Of a stretch of DNA of 64,000 nt, positions 1-9,537 are shown in pieces; positions within the stretch are counted from its first letter, which is position 1, and every line of letters begins with the position of its first letter. The DNA is from a virus, in IMG/VR virus record IMGVR_UViG_3300050821_007696, positions 20,236 to 84,235 of that record; one strand, 5' to 3'. The notes beneath the pieces were generated by a model that saw only the letters and a program-made list of their open reading frames with translations, had not been told where the DNA came from and made no database searches. Position numbers and translations under genes: made by a program.

Positions 1-1
1 C

Positions 2-100
2 CGCGAGCGCGGGTACAAGGGCCAGTTCATCGTCCCGCTGCCCGAGCCGAGGGTAGTCAGCGCCGCCGACGCGTTCAGGGAAAGGCCCTACCGTGACTGA
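2..100 (+). CDS. C-terminal fragment of an NDP-hexose C-methyltransferase-like protein (truncated by window edge)
   Basis: Frame 2 reads RERGYKGQFIVPLPEPRVV...stop. G-x-F-I-V-P-L-P is the typical C-terminus of sugar C-methyltransferases, and the neighbouring genes modify sugars. Confidence 0.5.
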   Translation, partial: RERGYKGQFIVPLPEPRVVSAADAFRERPYRD

Positions 101-458
101 CCGCTTCGAGGACGACCGCGGCGTCATCCAGGACCTGCTGAACGACAGCGTCGACAGCATCACCTACATCTTCACCCGGCGCGGTGCCGTCCGCGGCAAC
201 CACACGCACAACGAGACCACCCAGTGGACCTACGTCATCCAGGGCAGGCTGCTGATGGCGTCCCGCGTCCCGGGCGGCGTGGTGCTCACCCGGGAACACG
301 GACCCGGCGAGCTGGTCACCGACAGACCCGGCGTCGCGCACGCCTGGGAGGCGCTGGAGGACACCGAGGTCCTGGTGTTCACCCAAGGGCCGCGGTCGGG
401 AGCGAATTACGAGGACGACGTGCAGCGGCTGCCGCCCGGGGAAAGGCTGATCGGATGA
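93..458 (+). CDS. Cupin-domain protein (NDP-sugar epimerase/isomerase-like)
   Basis: Cupin motifs RGNHTH...Q and PGVAHAW; overlaps both neighbours. Confidence 0.7.
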   Translation: MTDRFEDDRGVIQDLLNDSVDSITYIFTRRGAVRGNHTHNETTQWTYVIQGRLLMASRVPGGVVLTREHGPGELVTDRPGVAHAWEALEDTEVLVFTQGPRSGANYEDDVQRLPPGERLIG

Positions 459-1090
459 TGTCCACTTGGCAGGTCCTGATCACCTCGATCCCGCACCGGC
501 ACGAGAAGCTGCTGCGGCTCCTTGCCGAGTTCGACCGGCAGCTGCCCCGGACCGGGGTCGGCGTGCTGCTGTACCGTGACGACCTCGAACTCTGCTACGG
601 CGGCAAGACCCAGGCGCTGATTGAAGCGTCAACCGCTGATTACGTCTGCTGCGCCGACGATGACGACATGATCGCCCCGGACTACGTCGAGAAGATCGCT
701 ACCGCCCTGGAAGACTTGCCGCAGTACGTCGGCTTCCGGGTCAGGTGGACGCAGAACACCGTTCCGCAGAAGCCCGTCATCCACTCCCTCGCCTGCGGCG
801 GCTGGCAGGACACCTCCGGCCGTCTGGAACGGGACATTGCCCAGTTCAACCCGATCCGCCGTGACATCGCCCTGCTCGGCACCTGGGAAGGCGGCTGGGA
901 AGCCGAGCGCCGCTGGGGGAACCAGGTCCGGGCTACCGGGGTGCTGCGGTACGAGACCTTCATCGACGAGGAGCTGTACTACTACCAGGAATCCACCGGC
1001 GACTCCTTCAAGAGCGACCGCCGTCCCCTCGGGCACATGCCGGAACTGCCGGACTACCCGTGGCTCAGGCAGATAGGACCCTACGCGTGA
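455..1090 (+). CDS. Glycosyltransferase family 2-like
   Basis: ATG overlaps the upstream TGA; ITSIPHR N-terminal strand and YVCCADDDD (DxD) motif. Confidence 0.75.
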   Translation: MMSTWQVLITSIPHRHEKLLRLLAEFDRQLPRTGVGVLLYRDDLELCYGGKTQALIEASTADYVCCADDDDMIAPDYVEKIATALEDLPQYVGFRVRWTQNTVPQKPVIHSLACGGWQDTSGRLERDIAQFNPIRRDIALLGTWEGGWEAERRWGNQVRATGVLRYETFIDEELYYYQESTGDSFKSDRRPLGHMPELPDYPWLRQIGPYA

Positions 1091-1710
1091 TCATCCCCGG
1101 CGAACCGGGCCTAGCTGCTGCCTACACCGATGAGCAGCCTGTCCGCGATGCCTACTGGCATCCGGCACCCGGAGACACCGTCATCGACATCGGCGCGGCG
1201 GTCGGCAGCTACACGGTCCCTGCGCTGCTAGCCGGCGCTCGCGTGATCGCCGTCGACCCGGACCGGGGCGCTACGGCCAAGCTAGAGCGCGTGGCTGCTG
1301 CGAATGGCCTGACAGACTTCACGGTCCTCAATGCTGCTGTGTTCGACAGCCCGGGTTACCCGGCGGACATGCGCGCGGCTCTAGAGGCGTCAGAGTACCC
1401 GTACCTGATCCCGCGGCCGGATGTCCTGTGGGCCACACTAGACGAGATCGCTGAGGGCCTGGACAAGGTAGACCTGATCAAGATCGACGTAGAGGGTGCT
1501 GAACTAGGGGTCTTGCGCAGCGGCCCGCGGGTCCTGAACGCATTGCGCCCCCGGCTGTTGATCGAAGACCATACCGAGGTCTACCCGTACGTAGCCCAGA
1601 TAGACAGCCGTCGCCTGTGCACCGAGCTGCTCGTGGAAGCGGGCTACACCGTGACGGAAGTGCCCTGGGGACCGCCCCCGCGCACCTACCTGGTGTGTAG
1701 GCCGAACTGA
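1087..1710 (+). CDS. FkbM-family SAM-dependent methyltransferase
   Basis: VIDIGAAVG and LIKIDVEGAE motifs. Confidence 0.85.
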   Translation: MIIPGEPGLAAAYTDEQPVRDAYWHPAPGDTVIDIGAAVGSYTVPALLAGARVIAVDPDRGATAKLERVAAANGLTDFTVLNAAVFDSPGYPADMRAALEASEYPYLIPRPDVLWATLDEIAEGLDKVDLIKIDVEGAELGVLRSGPRVLNALRPRLLIEDHTEVYPYVAQIDSRRLCTELLVEAGYTVTEVPWGPPPRTYLVCRPN

Positions 1711-1719
1711 AGGAGAAGA

Positions 1720-2469
1720 GTGAGAGACCTGATGCTTGCCGTGCCCAGCCGCGGCCGTCCGCAGAACATCGCCCGGCTGATGTCCACGATGAAGGCGACG
1801 TGCGAGATGAAGACAGACCTAGCCGTCGGGCTAGACGAGGACGATCCGGCGCTGCCGGATTACCGCAGCGTAATGGAAACGAGCCAGCGCCCTGACATCG
1901 TCTCCTGGGAAATCCGGAACGACCTGCGTAAAGTCACCGCCTGGACGAACCACCTGGTTAGCTGGAAAACCTACGACTACCGGGCTTTCGGGCAGGTCGG
2001 CGACGACAACGTGTTCAGTACCCCCGGCTGGGATACGCAGATCATGGACGCGCTGGAGAAGACGCCGTTCGCGTTCGGCAACGACCAGTACCCCTCGCGG
2101 GCGCCCGGCACTCTGTCCTGCCACGTCTTCATGCGCGCCGAGGTCGTCAAGGCGCTCGGGTACTTCGGGCCGCCGTCGATCGCGCACATGTACGTGGACG
2201 TCGCCTGGTACGCCTGGGGCACCGCCTGCGGCATCACCTACCTGCACGACGTGCTGATCCCGCACCTGCACTACACCTCCGGCGGCGCCCCGCACGACGC
2301 CACCTACCAGAGTTCCTATTCCGGCACCGGCGAGGACCTGCGCGCCTGGCACGCCTACTGCCGCGACGGCAGCCTCAACGCCGATATCCGCAAGCTCGGC
2401 GGCACCGAGTTCAGCCCGCTCGCGCTCGCGCAGTTCAACAGCGACCTGTTCGTCCCGGAGGTCTGGTGA
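1720..2469 (+). CDS. Glycosyltransferase (GT-A fold)
   Basis: VPSRGRP, DEDD, GDD and HLH motifs; AGGAG RBS upstream. Confidence 0.7.
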   Translation: MRDLMLAVPSRGRPQNIARLMSTMKATCEMKTDLAVGLDEDDPALPDYRSVMETSQRPDIVSWEIRNDLRKVTAWTNHLVSWKTYDYRAFGQVGDDNVFSTPGWDTQIMDALEKTPFAFGNDQYPSRAPGTLSCHVFMRAEVVKALGYFGPPSIAHMYVDVAWYAWGTACGITYLHDVLIPHLHYTSGGAPHDATYQSSYSGTGEDLRAWHAYCRDGSLNADIRKLGGTEFSPLALAQFNSDLFVPEVW

Positions 2470-2744
2470 GCGGTCACGACCTGGTCCGCGAGATTATCGC
2501 CAAGCACGGCGCGGACCGTTATCCCACGGTAGAGCTTGCTGCGATGAAGGTCGCGGAAGAGCTAGGGGAACTGATGGCGGAGCTGCTGCGCGGGCTGTAC
2601 GTGCCGATGCCCAGCGACGGGACGCGCAAGGAGTACGCCGACGTCGGGCTTGCCCTGTACGGGCTGGGTAACATCCTCGGCCTTGACCTGGAGGCTGAGA
2701 TGCGCCGGGTCGTAGCGAACGAGACACGGAGGTTCGACCGGTGA
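2466..2744 (+). CDS. MazG-like nucleotide pyrophosphohydrolase
   Basis: EELGEL...EYADV all-alpha NTP-PPase motif. Confidence 0.7.
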   Translation: MSGHDLVREIIAKHGADRYPTVELAAMKVAEELGELMAELLRGLYVPMPSDGTRKEYADVGLALYGLGNILGLDLEAEMRRVVANETRRFDR

Positions 2745-3376
2745 GCAAGCCCCTGGTTTCGGTGATCACCCCGACCTGGGGCCAGCGGCACGAGAAGCTG
2801 GTCAACCGGTGCATCCCGTCGGTTCAGGCACAGGCGTACCCGAAGGTCGAGCACGTCATCGTGTCTGACGGCCCGGACTACAAGCTGTCGAGCCTGATGC
2901 TTGAGCTGATGTCCGGAAGCGCCTTCACTCACCGGACCGAGTTCTCCTCGCTGAAGGAGCACGACCCGGAGCCTCACTGGGGGCATCACGCCCGGCTGCG
3001 GGGCATCGAGATGTCCGCGGGCGAGTACATCGCCTACTGCGACGACGACGACGCGCTGCGCCCCGACCACGTGCGGCTGCTCGCCGGGGTGCTGAGCGAC
3101 GACCCGTCCGTCGGCTGGGCGTACTCGGTGATGGCCAGCCACAGCCGGTCCGGGGAGTGGTTCCACGTGGGGGCCGGGGCCGGCGCTCCCATGGGCGGGC
3201 AGATCGGCACCCCGATGATCATGCACCGGCGCAGCGTCCTGGAGCACGGCACCTGGGGGCCGGCGTCGGCGACGGAAGACTGGGAGCTGGTGCAGCGGTG
3301 GCTCGCCGCGGGCGTCACTTACGGGCGCGTGCACGAGGTGACAGTTGACGTCTGGCCTTCTTCGTACTGGAGTTAA
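2741..3376 (+). CDS. Glycosyltransferase family 2
   Basis: PLVSVITPTW, IVSDG, IAYCDDDD and EDWEL motifs. Confidence 0.85.
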   Translation: MSKPLVSVITPTWGQRHEKLVNRCIPSVQAQAYPKVEHVIVSDGPDYKLSSLMLELMSGSAFTHRTEFSSLKEHDPEPHWGHHARLRGIEMSAGEYIAYCDDDDALRPDHVRLLAGVLSDDPSVGWAYSVMASHSRSGEWFHVGAGAGAPMGGQIGTPMIMHRRSVLEHGTWGPASATEDWELVQRWLAAGVTYGRVHEVTVDVWPSSYWS

Positions 3377-3556
3377 CGCGTGGTAGCGTGACGCCATGAC
3401 TACTCCAGAGCCCCTTGACGAGCAGCCGGGCGGCGGCGTGGAGATCCGCGGCGGCAACAGCCCGGCCGACTGGAACCAGCCGCTGCCGTTCGTCGAGGAA
3501 GACCTGCGGCGCGAACAGGCACGCTGCGGCCCGGACTGCGACTGCGAAGAGGACGA

Positions 3557-4144
3557 GTGACCGGAGTCCAGGCGCTCACTATCACCCCCGACCCTGACCT
3601 GCCGTTCCTGTCAGCTGCCGCGGTGATCCGCGACGTCCAGAAGACCGAGCACCAGTGGTTCAGCCAGGGTGACCCGGCGTCCCCGACCCTGCCCTGGATG
3701 CCGTTCCAGCCGGCTGACTTCCTGTCGATCCTCTTCGAGTGCATCCCCGAGCTGACGGGCCGGGGCTTCCTTGACGTCGGGTGCGGCCCCGGCACCAAGA
3801 TGCTCCTGGCCCGTCACTTTTACGGGCTGAACGCCTGCGGCATCGAGATCGTGCCGGCGATGGCGAAGGCGGCTGGGCAGTACGGCGACGTCTGGAACGA
3901 CGACGCTCTCCAGATGCCTCCCGGCGCCTACGCCTCGTGGGACCTGGTCTGGCTGTACCGGCCGTTCCGCGACCGGCTGCTGGAAGAGCAGCTCGAAGCT
4001 CGCATCATGGACGAGATGCAGCCCGGCGCGATCCTGGCCGGCGGAGGCTGGGAGCTGTGCCCGGCGGCGGTCGGCTGGCCGCCCGTGATGGATGACTGGG
4101 AACTGCGGCGCGGTGCCTGGATGAAGCCTACGATGCAGTCATGA
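3557..4144 (+). CDS. Class I SAM-dependent methyltransferase
   Basis: FLDVGCGPG motif I, GIEI, YRPF. Confidence 0.8.
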   Translation: MTGVQALTITPDPDLPFLSAAAVIRDVQKTEHQWFSQGDPASPTLPWMPFQPADFLSILFECIPELTGRGFLDVGCGPGTKMLLARHFYGLNACGIEIVPAMAKAAGQYGDVWNDDALQMPPGAYASWDLVWLYRPFRDRLLEEQLEARIMDEMQPGAILAGGGWELCPAAVGWPPVMDDWELRRGAWMKPTMQS

Positions 4145-4392
4145 CTCCCCGTCGTTACGTTTCAGTGCCGCACGAGCTGTCCGTGCTGACCTGGCCGGAA
4201 GACTCCCCGGCTGACTTCGAGGCCATGATCGGCGCCGAGAACGTGAACGCCTTCCCCGGTGGTATCCAGGTCCGCAACGACGAAGGCGAGTGGTTCACCC
4301 TGCGGGACGGGTGGGCCGTCAGCCTCGACAGCAACGGTATCCGGTCGGTGGAAAGCCGCGCGGTTATAGGCCAGAAGTACCGTCCTGCCTGA
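4141..4392 (+). CDS. Hypothetical protein
   Basis: ATGA overlap with the upstream gene; GC-rich third codon positions. Confidence 0.55.
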   Translation: MTPRRYVSVPHELSVLTWPEDSPADFEAMIGAENVNAFPGGIQVRNDEGEWFTLRDGWAVSLDSNGIRSVESRAVIGQKYRPA

Positions 4393-4412
4393 CCCAGGCT
4401 TATCCTGCCGGT

Positions 4413-4691
4413 ATGAGCCTGCTGGAGTTCGTCAAGCACTTCCGGGTCACCGGGGCCGGCTGGTACTGGATCGTCTGGTTCTTCGGCGGTTTCGGCGTCT
4501 ACGAAGGCTGGGGTCTAGCCTTCAATACCCAGGACACCCTGTCGTGGCAGTTCTGGGGCCTGGAGCAGATCAACTTCGCCGACCCTATGGACTTCGCCGA
4601 GTGGACCCCTGTTCACTGGGTTATAGCAACGATGATCTTCGGCCTGCTCTTCTGGCTGGCGTTTCACCTCGTCTTCGGCATCTGGCGGTAG
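4413..4691 (+). CDS. Small membrane protein
   Basis: Two Trp/Phe-rich hydrophobic segments. Confidence 0.6.
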   Translation: MSLLEFVKHFRVTGAGWYWIVWFFGGFGVYEGWGLAFNTQDTLSWQFWGLEQINFADPMDFAEWTPVHWVIATMIFGLLFWLAFHLVFGIWR

Positions 4692-4699
4692 GAGCGTTC

Positions 4700-5002
4700 A
4701 TGGCGATGTTCGGGCAGCTGAGTCCCGGCGCGACCGTCCAGCTGATCACGCAGAAGCTCGCTGCGCTGCGGTCCGCGTTCGAGGACTGCGAGGACGTCTA
4801 CCAGTGGCTGTCGGCCTATTCCCTGTCTGATATGGAAGCTGCGCCGCTGAGCCTGTCCGCCGGCGACGGGCAGGATATCCTCAACGCCCTCGGCGACGCC
4901 CACGACCTGTGGATGACCGCCCAGGGCGAGGCCGGGTTCCCCACCGCATCCCTGCCCTACAACTTTTTCGCGTCCATGAGGATGATCACCGGCGCGCGCT
5001 AG
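4700..5002 (+). CDS. Hypothetical protein
   Basis: GGAG RBS then ATG at 4700; the stop overlaps the 16-bp palindrome. Confidence 0.55.
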   Translation: MAMFGQLSPGATVQLITQKLAALRSAFEDCEDVYQWLSAYSLSDMEAAPLSLSAGDGQDILNALGDAHDLWMTAQGEAGFPTASLPYNFFASMRMITGAR

Positions 5003-5016
5003 TGCCAGCTGGCACT
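5001..5016. promoter_or_regulatory. 16-bp palindrome AGTGCCAGCTGGCACT, copy 1
   Basis: Perfect palindrome, repeated at 13957, 21410, 34726, 44353, 56641 (1 mismatch) and 60053. Confidence 0.75.
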
Positions 5017-5089
5017 GGGAAGCGCTGGCCAGCTAGTCTGTAGCTGACGCCTGAGGCCGCACGCGGAGCCGGGCACGCCTACGAAAGGT

Positions 5090-5413
5090 GTGCCTGTGTT
5101 CGACCCCCCGCTGTTCAGTCGGCCTGACGAGTGGTACTGCCCCAACTGCGCAGTCACCGACGTCACCGCGCCCCTCCCTCCCGGCACGTCCCGGTACCAC
5201 CCGTGCGCCGGGCTGCACGGCCTCAACGCCCCATTGGTCCGGGTCGGCACCCGCGCCAAGGTCGAGGCTCATACCCGTGAGGACTACCTCAACGGCGACC
5301 AGCAGCAGCTCGGGGACGATGGCAAGGTCTACATGAACGTCGAAGTCACCCGCGACGAGGGCACCGACGTCACCGTGTTCGCGGGCCTCGCCCACGCAGA
5401 GATGAGGAGCTGA
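5090..5413 (+). CDS. Hypothetical protein with CxxC/HxC motif
   Basis: WYCPNC...YHPC; AAAGG upstream. Confidence 0.6.
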   Translation: MPVFDPPLFSRPDEWYCPNCAVTDVTAPLPPGTSRYHPCAGLHGLNAPLVRVGTRAKVEAHTREDYLNGDQQQLGDDGKVYMNVEVTRDEGTDVTVFAGLAHAEMRS

Positions 5414-5416
5414 TTA

Positions 5417-5746
5417 ATGGGAACCATGGGGACTGCTGCTGTCTTCTGGACGGCGCATGTTACGTCGGGGAACGAGGACCAAGTAAGCCTTTACGACAAC
5501 ACGCGAGAAGTTCAGATAACAGCGCTAGTAGGCGATTGCTATGTTTCGCCGAATGCCCTTACGCACCCGCCGGCGCTAGATGCGATGTCAACCAGCGACC
5601 ACTGGGATGGAGCGATTGTTCTTGAGGGACAGACACGGGTTCTCAAGCTCCGGGACTGTGATGTTCCTGACAACGTCCTTTACGTAGGGCCTGTTACCCC
5701 GTCTTCGGGCGCATGCACCTTGAGCGTTATTGCGACGGTGAACTGA
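5417..5746 (+). CDS. Hypothetical protein (lower-GC, possible insertion)
   Basis: Fills the gap between genes; visibly more A/T-ending codons than its neighbours. Confidence 0.5.
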   Translation: MGTMGTAAVFWTAHVTSGNEDQVSLYDNTREVQITALVGDCYVSPNALTHPPALDAMSTSDHWDGAIVLEGQTRVLKLRDCDVPDNVLYVGPVTPSSGACTLSVIATVN

Positions 5747-5747
5747 C

Positions 5748-6257
5748 ATGGGTTGGTCCGCGAGTGCGATTTTTCAGCAGGCGATGCTGAACCCGATGCT
5801 CGGCCGCCTCTGGACGACTGCTGCCCCGACCTCGTTCTCCAGCCTGTCGGCCGACACGATTAACTGCGCGCTCTACAACACTACGCCGACGCCGAATAAG
5901 GCTGACACTCTCGCCAATACGCTTTACCTTGCTGGCCAGTGGGTGACAGGCAACGAAATCACGGGTACGGGCTACACCGCTGGCGGCGCAACTCTAGGCA
6001 CCAAGACGTTCGCCATCGACACCGGTTCTAGCTCAATTTGCTTCACCACGGCTAACCCATCCTGGACAGGCGCGACCTTGTCTGGCGTGTTCGGCGACCT
6101 GGTCTACGACGCTACGACTACGAGCACTTATCTCAAGCAGGGGCTTTGTTACAACTACTTCGGCGGTTCCCAGTCGGTCACAGCCGGCACCTTCACCGTC
6201 CAGTGGGCCACGCCGGCCGGCGCCGCCGTCACCGCAGTCTTCAACGTCTCGGTGTAA
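5748..6257 (+). CDS. Putative virion structural protein
   Basis: DTINCALY...NEITGTGYTAGGATL motif common in phage virion proteins; Thr/Ser/Gly-rich. Confidence 0.6.
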   Translation: MGWSASAIFQQAMLNPMLGRLWTTAAPTSFSSLSADTINCALYNTTPTPNKADTLANTLYLAGQWVTGNEITGTGYTAGGATLGTKTFAIDTGSSSICFTTANPSWTGATLSGVFGDLVYDATTTSTYLKQGLCYNYFGGSQSVTAGTFTVQWATPAGAAVTAVFNVSV

Positions 6258-6266
6258 GGGGAAGCC

Positions 6267-6848
6267 GTGTCCGGTTACACGCTGACCCAGGGGGAGCTGT
6301 TCTACTGCCTCCCGGCGGCCGTTACCAAGAACACCTACACCTCGCAGGCGCCGATCTCGGCGATCGCGTCCACTTCGGTGCCCCGGTGCATGATCCCGGC
6401 GCTGTACTTCAGCCTCATCGGCAAGTCCGCCCGCTTCACGGCCTGGGGAACCATTGCCAATACCTCAGCGGCTACGTTCATCTTCGCCGCAGGACTGGAC
6501 GCGGCAGCCGGGACGATCGGCGGGACAGGCGGCGGCACGCTGTTCACGTCAGCGTCCCTGACGCCGACCGCGTCGGTGACCGCCCAGTGGATGATGCAGG
6601 GCGACGTCACCTGCCAGGCAGTCGGCAACCTGGGCACTACCCTCCAGGTCAACGCTGAGATCAGGGTCAGCAACGTCGCCTCGGCCGGCGCCTGGAGCAC
6701 GAGCTTCCAGGACGAGATGCTGGCCACCACCCTGACCGGCCTGAACAACGAGATCCCGCTGTTCCTGGAGCTGTTCGGCACGTGGTCGGCCAGCGCGGCG
6801 GGCAACACCACCACGCTCCAGCAGTTCAAGGTCTACCTGGACAACTAA
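6267..6848 (+). CDS. Putative virion structural protein
   Basis: Beta-rich, Thr/Ala-rich; lies in the structural region. Confidence 0.5.
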   Translation: MSGYTLTQGELFYCLPAAVTKNTYTSQAPISAIASTSVPRCMIPALYFSLIGKSARFTAWGTIANTSAATFIFAAGLDAAAGTIGGTGGGTLFTSASLTPTASVTAQWMMQGDVTCQAVGNLGTTLQVNAEIRVSNVASAGAWSTSFQDEMLATTLTGLNNEIPLFLELFGTWSASAAGNTTTLQQFKVYLDN

Positions 6849-6892
6849 GCGGGGGGGCGCATCCCGGAGGCCGACGGCGGAGGCGGTGAGCA

Positions 6893-9475
6893 GTGAGCTG
6901 GTCATTCGTCGGCTCCGTCACCACCGGGAACGTAGTCAGTGGCACAACCGGCACCATCTCGCTGCCGGCCGGGACCAACGGCGGCGACCTGATCGTCGTC
7001 GCCTGCTGCTTCTACAACACCACGTTCACCCAGGCGTCGTTCACCACCCAGCAGAACAGCTCCGGCTCGCAAGGCGCCAAAGACGCGTTCTGGCTCGGCA
7101 CGCGAATCGCCGGGGGCACAGCCGGCAGCGGCACGACAGACTCCACGTTCACCATCACCTTCGGTGCCACCACCTGGGGCGAGTGGGTCGTCAGCGTGTA
7201 CCGCGCCACCAACGGCGTCGGCTCGGTTGTCGGGTCGGCGGAGTACCACACCTCGTCCGGGTACGTCACCGCCTGCCCTGACGCGACCTACACCCCGACC
7301 GCGGGGAACCTGAACGTCTGGGGCTATGCCGGCCAGAACTCCACCGTCGGCACCACTGCCACCACGTTCAGCGGCACCGCGCCGACGGCCCTGACGAACT
7401 TCGTCCAGCAGGGCACCACCGGCAACGGCGGCGGCGTCGGATTCGGCTGGAAGACCACCAGCGGCTCACCCGGCGGCGCCACCGCCAACCAGGCCGTCGA
7501 CCCGACTGACTTCGCCCTGGAAGCCCAGGAAGCAGCAGGCGGCAGCGTTACGGGCAGTCCCCAGCCGCAGCCGGGCAGCCCGCTCTTCCGGAGGCGGTTC
7601 CGCCCGGTCCAGCAGTATCCCCTGGTCCCGGTTATCCCGGTAACCGTCGCGAACGCGGGGCTCGCCTCGGGTACCGGCAGCGTCCCGGCCCTCACCGTCG
7701 CGAGCGCCGGACTCGCTACGGGCACCGGCACCGCGACCACGACCAACCCGGCGTTCACCAACGTCACGGCGTTCTTCGACCCGGTCGTCACGTCCAAGCA
7801 GTTCACGCTGGCGCCGACTGCCGTCGGGGACTTCATCCTGGCGGCAATTCTCTGCCCGACAACCAACGCCGACTGGGCGACGGCCCTGTCCAGCGCGGGC
7901 GGGAACGTGCTGTGGTCGTCGATCGGGTCGCCCGCGCACCTGGCTTCCAGCGTCAACACTGCGACGGCGGCGTTGTTCATCGGCCAGGTGATCACCGCCG
8001 CCTCTCATACGGTGACGATCACCACGAATACCGGCTCGCCGACGCTGCGGATGCTCGGGTCGGAATTCAACTGCGCGAACGGGTTCAGCGCGGTCACGGT
8101 CGACGCCTCCGGTACCGAGGACGTCTCCTCTAGCGGACACTTCCCCGCTGTCACGCCGACGCGCACCGGGGACCTCTACTGGTCAGCCTGTTACGACTTC
8201 GGCAGCGGCTCCACCGGCACGACCGCGGGCTACACCTACGAGGTCGATGCCAACGGGAACGTGCTGTGCTTCAACATCAGCTGCCCGAACAGCACGCAGA
8301 CCCCGAACATCGGCAACACCGACGGCATCACCGGCATCGGCATCATGCTGTACAGCGCCGGGACCTTCGCCAGTGCCGGCCTTGCCACGGGCACCGGAAC
8401 CGCCCAGCCCCCCGGACTGGCGCAGGCAGCTCTCGCCGCAGGTACCGGCACTGCGCAGCCGCCGTCCGCCCCCGGCCCGTTCCTCGCCGGGCTCGCCTCC
8501 GGCACGGGTACCGCTCCCCCGTTCGGTCTCGCCCAGGCGGCCCTCGCCCACGGCACCGGCACGGTCACGCAGGCTGCCCTCGCGCAGGCTGCCCTCGCCG
8601 CGGGCACGGGTGCCGCCTCTTCCCTTACTGTTGCCCCGGCGGGCCTCGCCACGGGCACGGGTACTGCCCAGCCGGGACAGTTCTTCGCGGCGGCCCAGCT
8701 GGCGCATGCTACGGGCACCGCCTCCCAGTCCCCGTCTAAGGCCGGGCTGGCGACCGCGGCGGGCACGGCCCAGGCTCCGTCTGCCCCCGGCCCGGTCGCG
8801 GCCGGGCTCGCACACGGTACCGGCACGGCACTGTCGACGTCGTCACCCAACGCCGGGCTCGCGCACGGCACCGGCACGGCAGGACCGCCGCCTTTCCCCG
8901 CTCCCCTGAACCACTTCGCCGTCGCCTTCACCGAGCCGGGCCCGTCTGCGGTCCTGAGCGGGAACAGCTTCGGCGGGACACTTGCCGTGCCGAACTTCGG
9001 TGCTGCCCTGACCCCGGCCGTGAACCTCGGCGCGGCTCTCACCCTGGCAAACCTCAGCGCTGCCTTGGCCGCCCCCGGCCTGGGCGCTACCCTTGTGCTA
9101 CCGGCCTTTGGCGCCGCCGTCACCGGAGGGACCATGCAGCAGGCCAGCCTGACCCTCAGTGAGTTTAACGACATGACGGTCAACATCGCGGTCACGAACA
9201 ACGGCGTCGCGTTCAACCTCACCGGGTACAACCTCAACCTGCTGCTGAAGTCCGCGGCGGGCGTTCCCGACTCCAGCGCGCTGACCTTCTCCTCCACCGG
9301 TGGTTCCCCGGCGATCACCATTACCAGCCCGTCGGGCGGCCTTGCTGTTGCGCAGCTGCCTAACGCCGACCTGGATGCGGAAACTTACAGCTTCTACCGC
9401 CTGGACGTCGTCCAGACCTCCACCAGTTACCAGCAGACGACCGTCTACGGGCCGATCACCTGGATCACGCTGTGA
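6893..9475 (+). CDS. Large virion protein with repeated AGLA(T/S/H)GTGTA motifs and a C-terminal Ig/BppU-like domain
   Basis: More than ten copies of (A/G)LAxGTGTA; C-terminal FNLTGY...LKS...YRLDV segment. Confidence 0.6.
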   Translation: MSWSFVGSVTTGNVVSGTTGTISLPAGTNGGDLIVVACCFYNTTFTQASFTTQQNSSGSQGAKDAFWLGTRIAGGTAGSGTTDSTFTITFGATTWGEWVVSVYRATNGVGSVVGSAEYHTSSGYVTACPDATYTPTAGNLNVWGYAGQNSTVGTTATTFSGTAPTALTNFVQQGTTGNGGGVGFGWKTTSGSPGGATANQAVDPTDFALEAQEAAGGSVTGSPQPQPGSPLFRRRFRPVQQYPLVPVIPVTVANAGLASGTGSVPALTVASAGLATGTGTATTTNPAFTNVTAFFDPVVTSKQFTLAPTAVGDFILAAILCPTTNADWATALSSAGGNVLWSSIGSPAHLASSVNTATAALFIGQVITAASHTVTITTNTGSPTLRMLGSEFNCANGFSAVTVDASGTEDVSSSGHFPAVTPTRTGDLYWSACYDFGSGSTGTTAGYTYEVDANGNVLCFNISCPNSTQTPNIGNTDGITGIGIMLYSAGTFASAGLATGTGTAQPPGLAQAALAAGTGTAQPPSAPGPFLAGLASGTGTAPPFGLAQAALAHGTGTVTQAALAQAALAAGTGAASSLTVAPAGLATGTGTAQPGQFFAAAQLAHATGTASQSPSKAGLATAAGTAQAPSAPGPVAAGLAHGTGTALSTSSPNAGLAHGTGTAGPPPFPAPLNHFAVAFTEPGPSAVLSGNSFGGTLAVPNFGAALTPAVNLGAALTLANLSAALAAPGLGATLVLPAFGAAVTGGTMQQASLTLSEFNDMTVNIAVTNNGVAFNLTGYNLNLLLKSAAGVPDSSALTFSSTGGSPAITITSPSGGLAVAQLPNADLDAETYSFYRLDVVQTSTSYQQTTVYGPITWITL

Positions 9476-9537
9476 CCCCGTCTGGCGTTGACCCCATGGG
9501 GCTCCGTTATGTCTATGGCCAGCGGGGTGTGTGACAG

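Noticed and set aside
7650-8885. DNA repeat element inside 6893..9475
   Set aside because: Repeats are in-frame protein motifs (AGLAxGTGTA) with synonymous variation.
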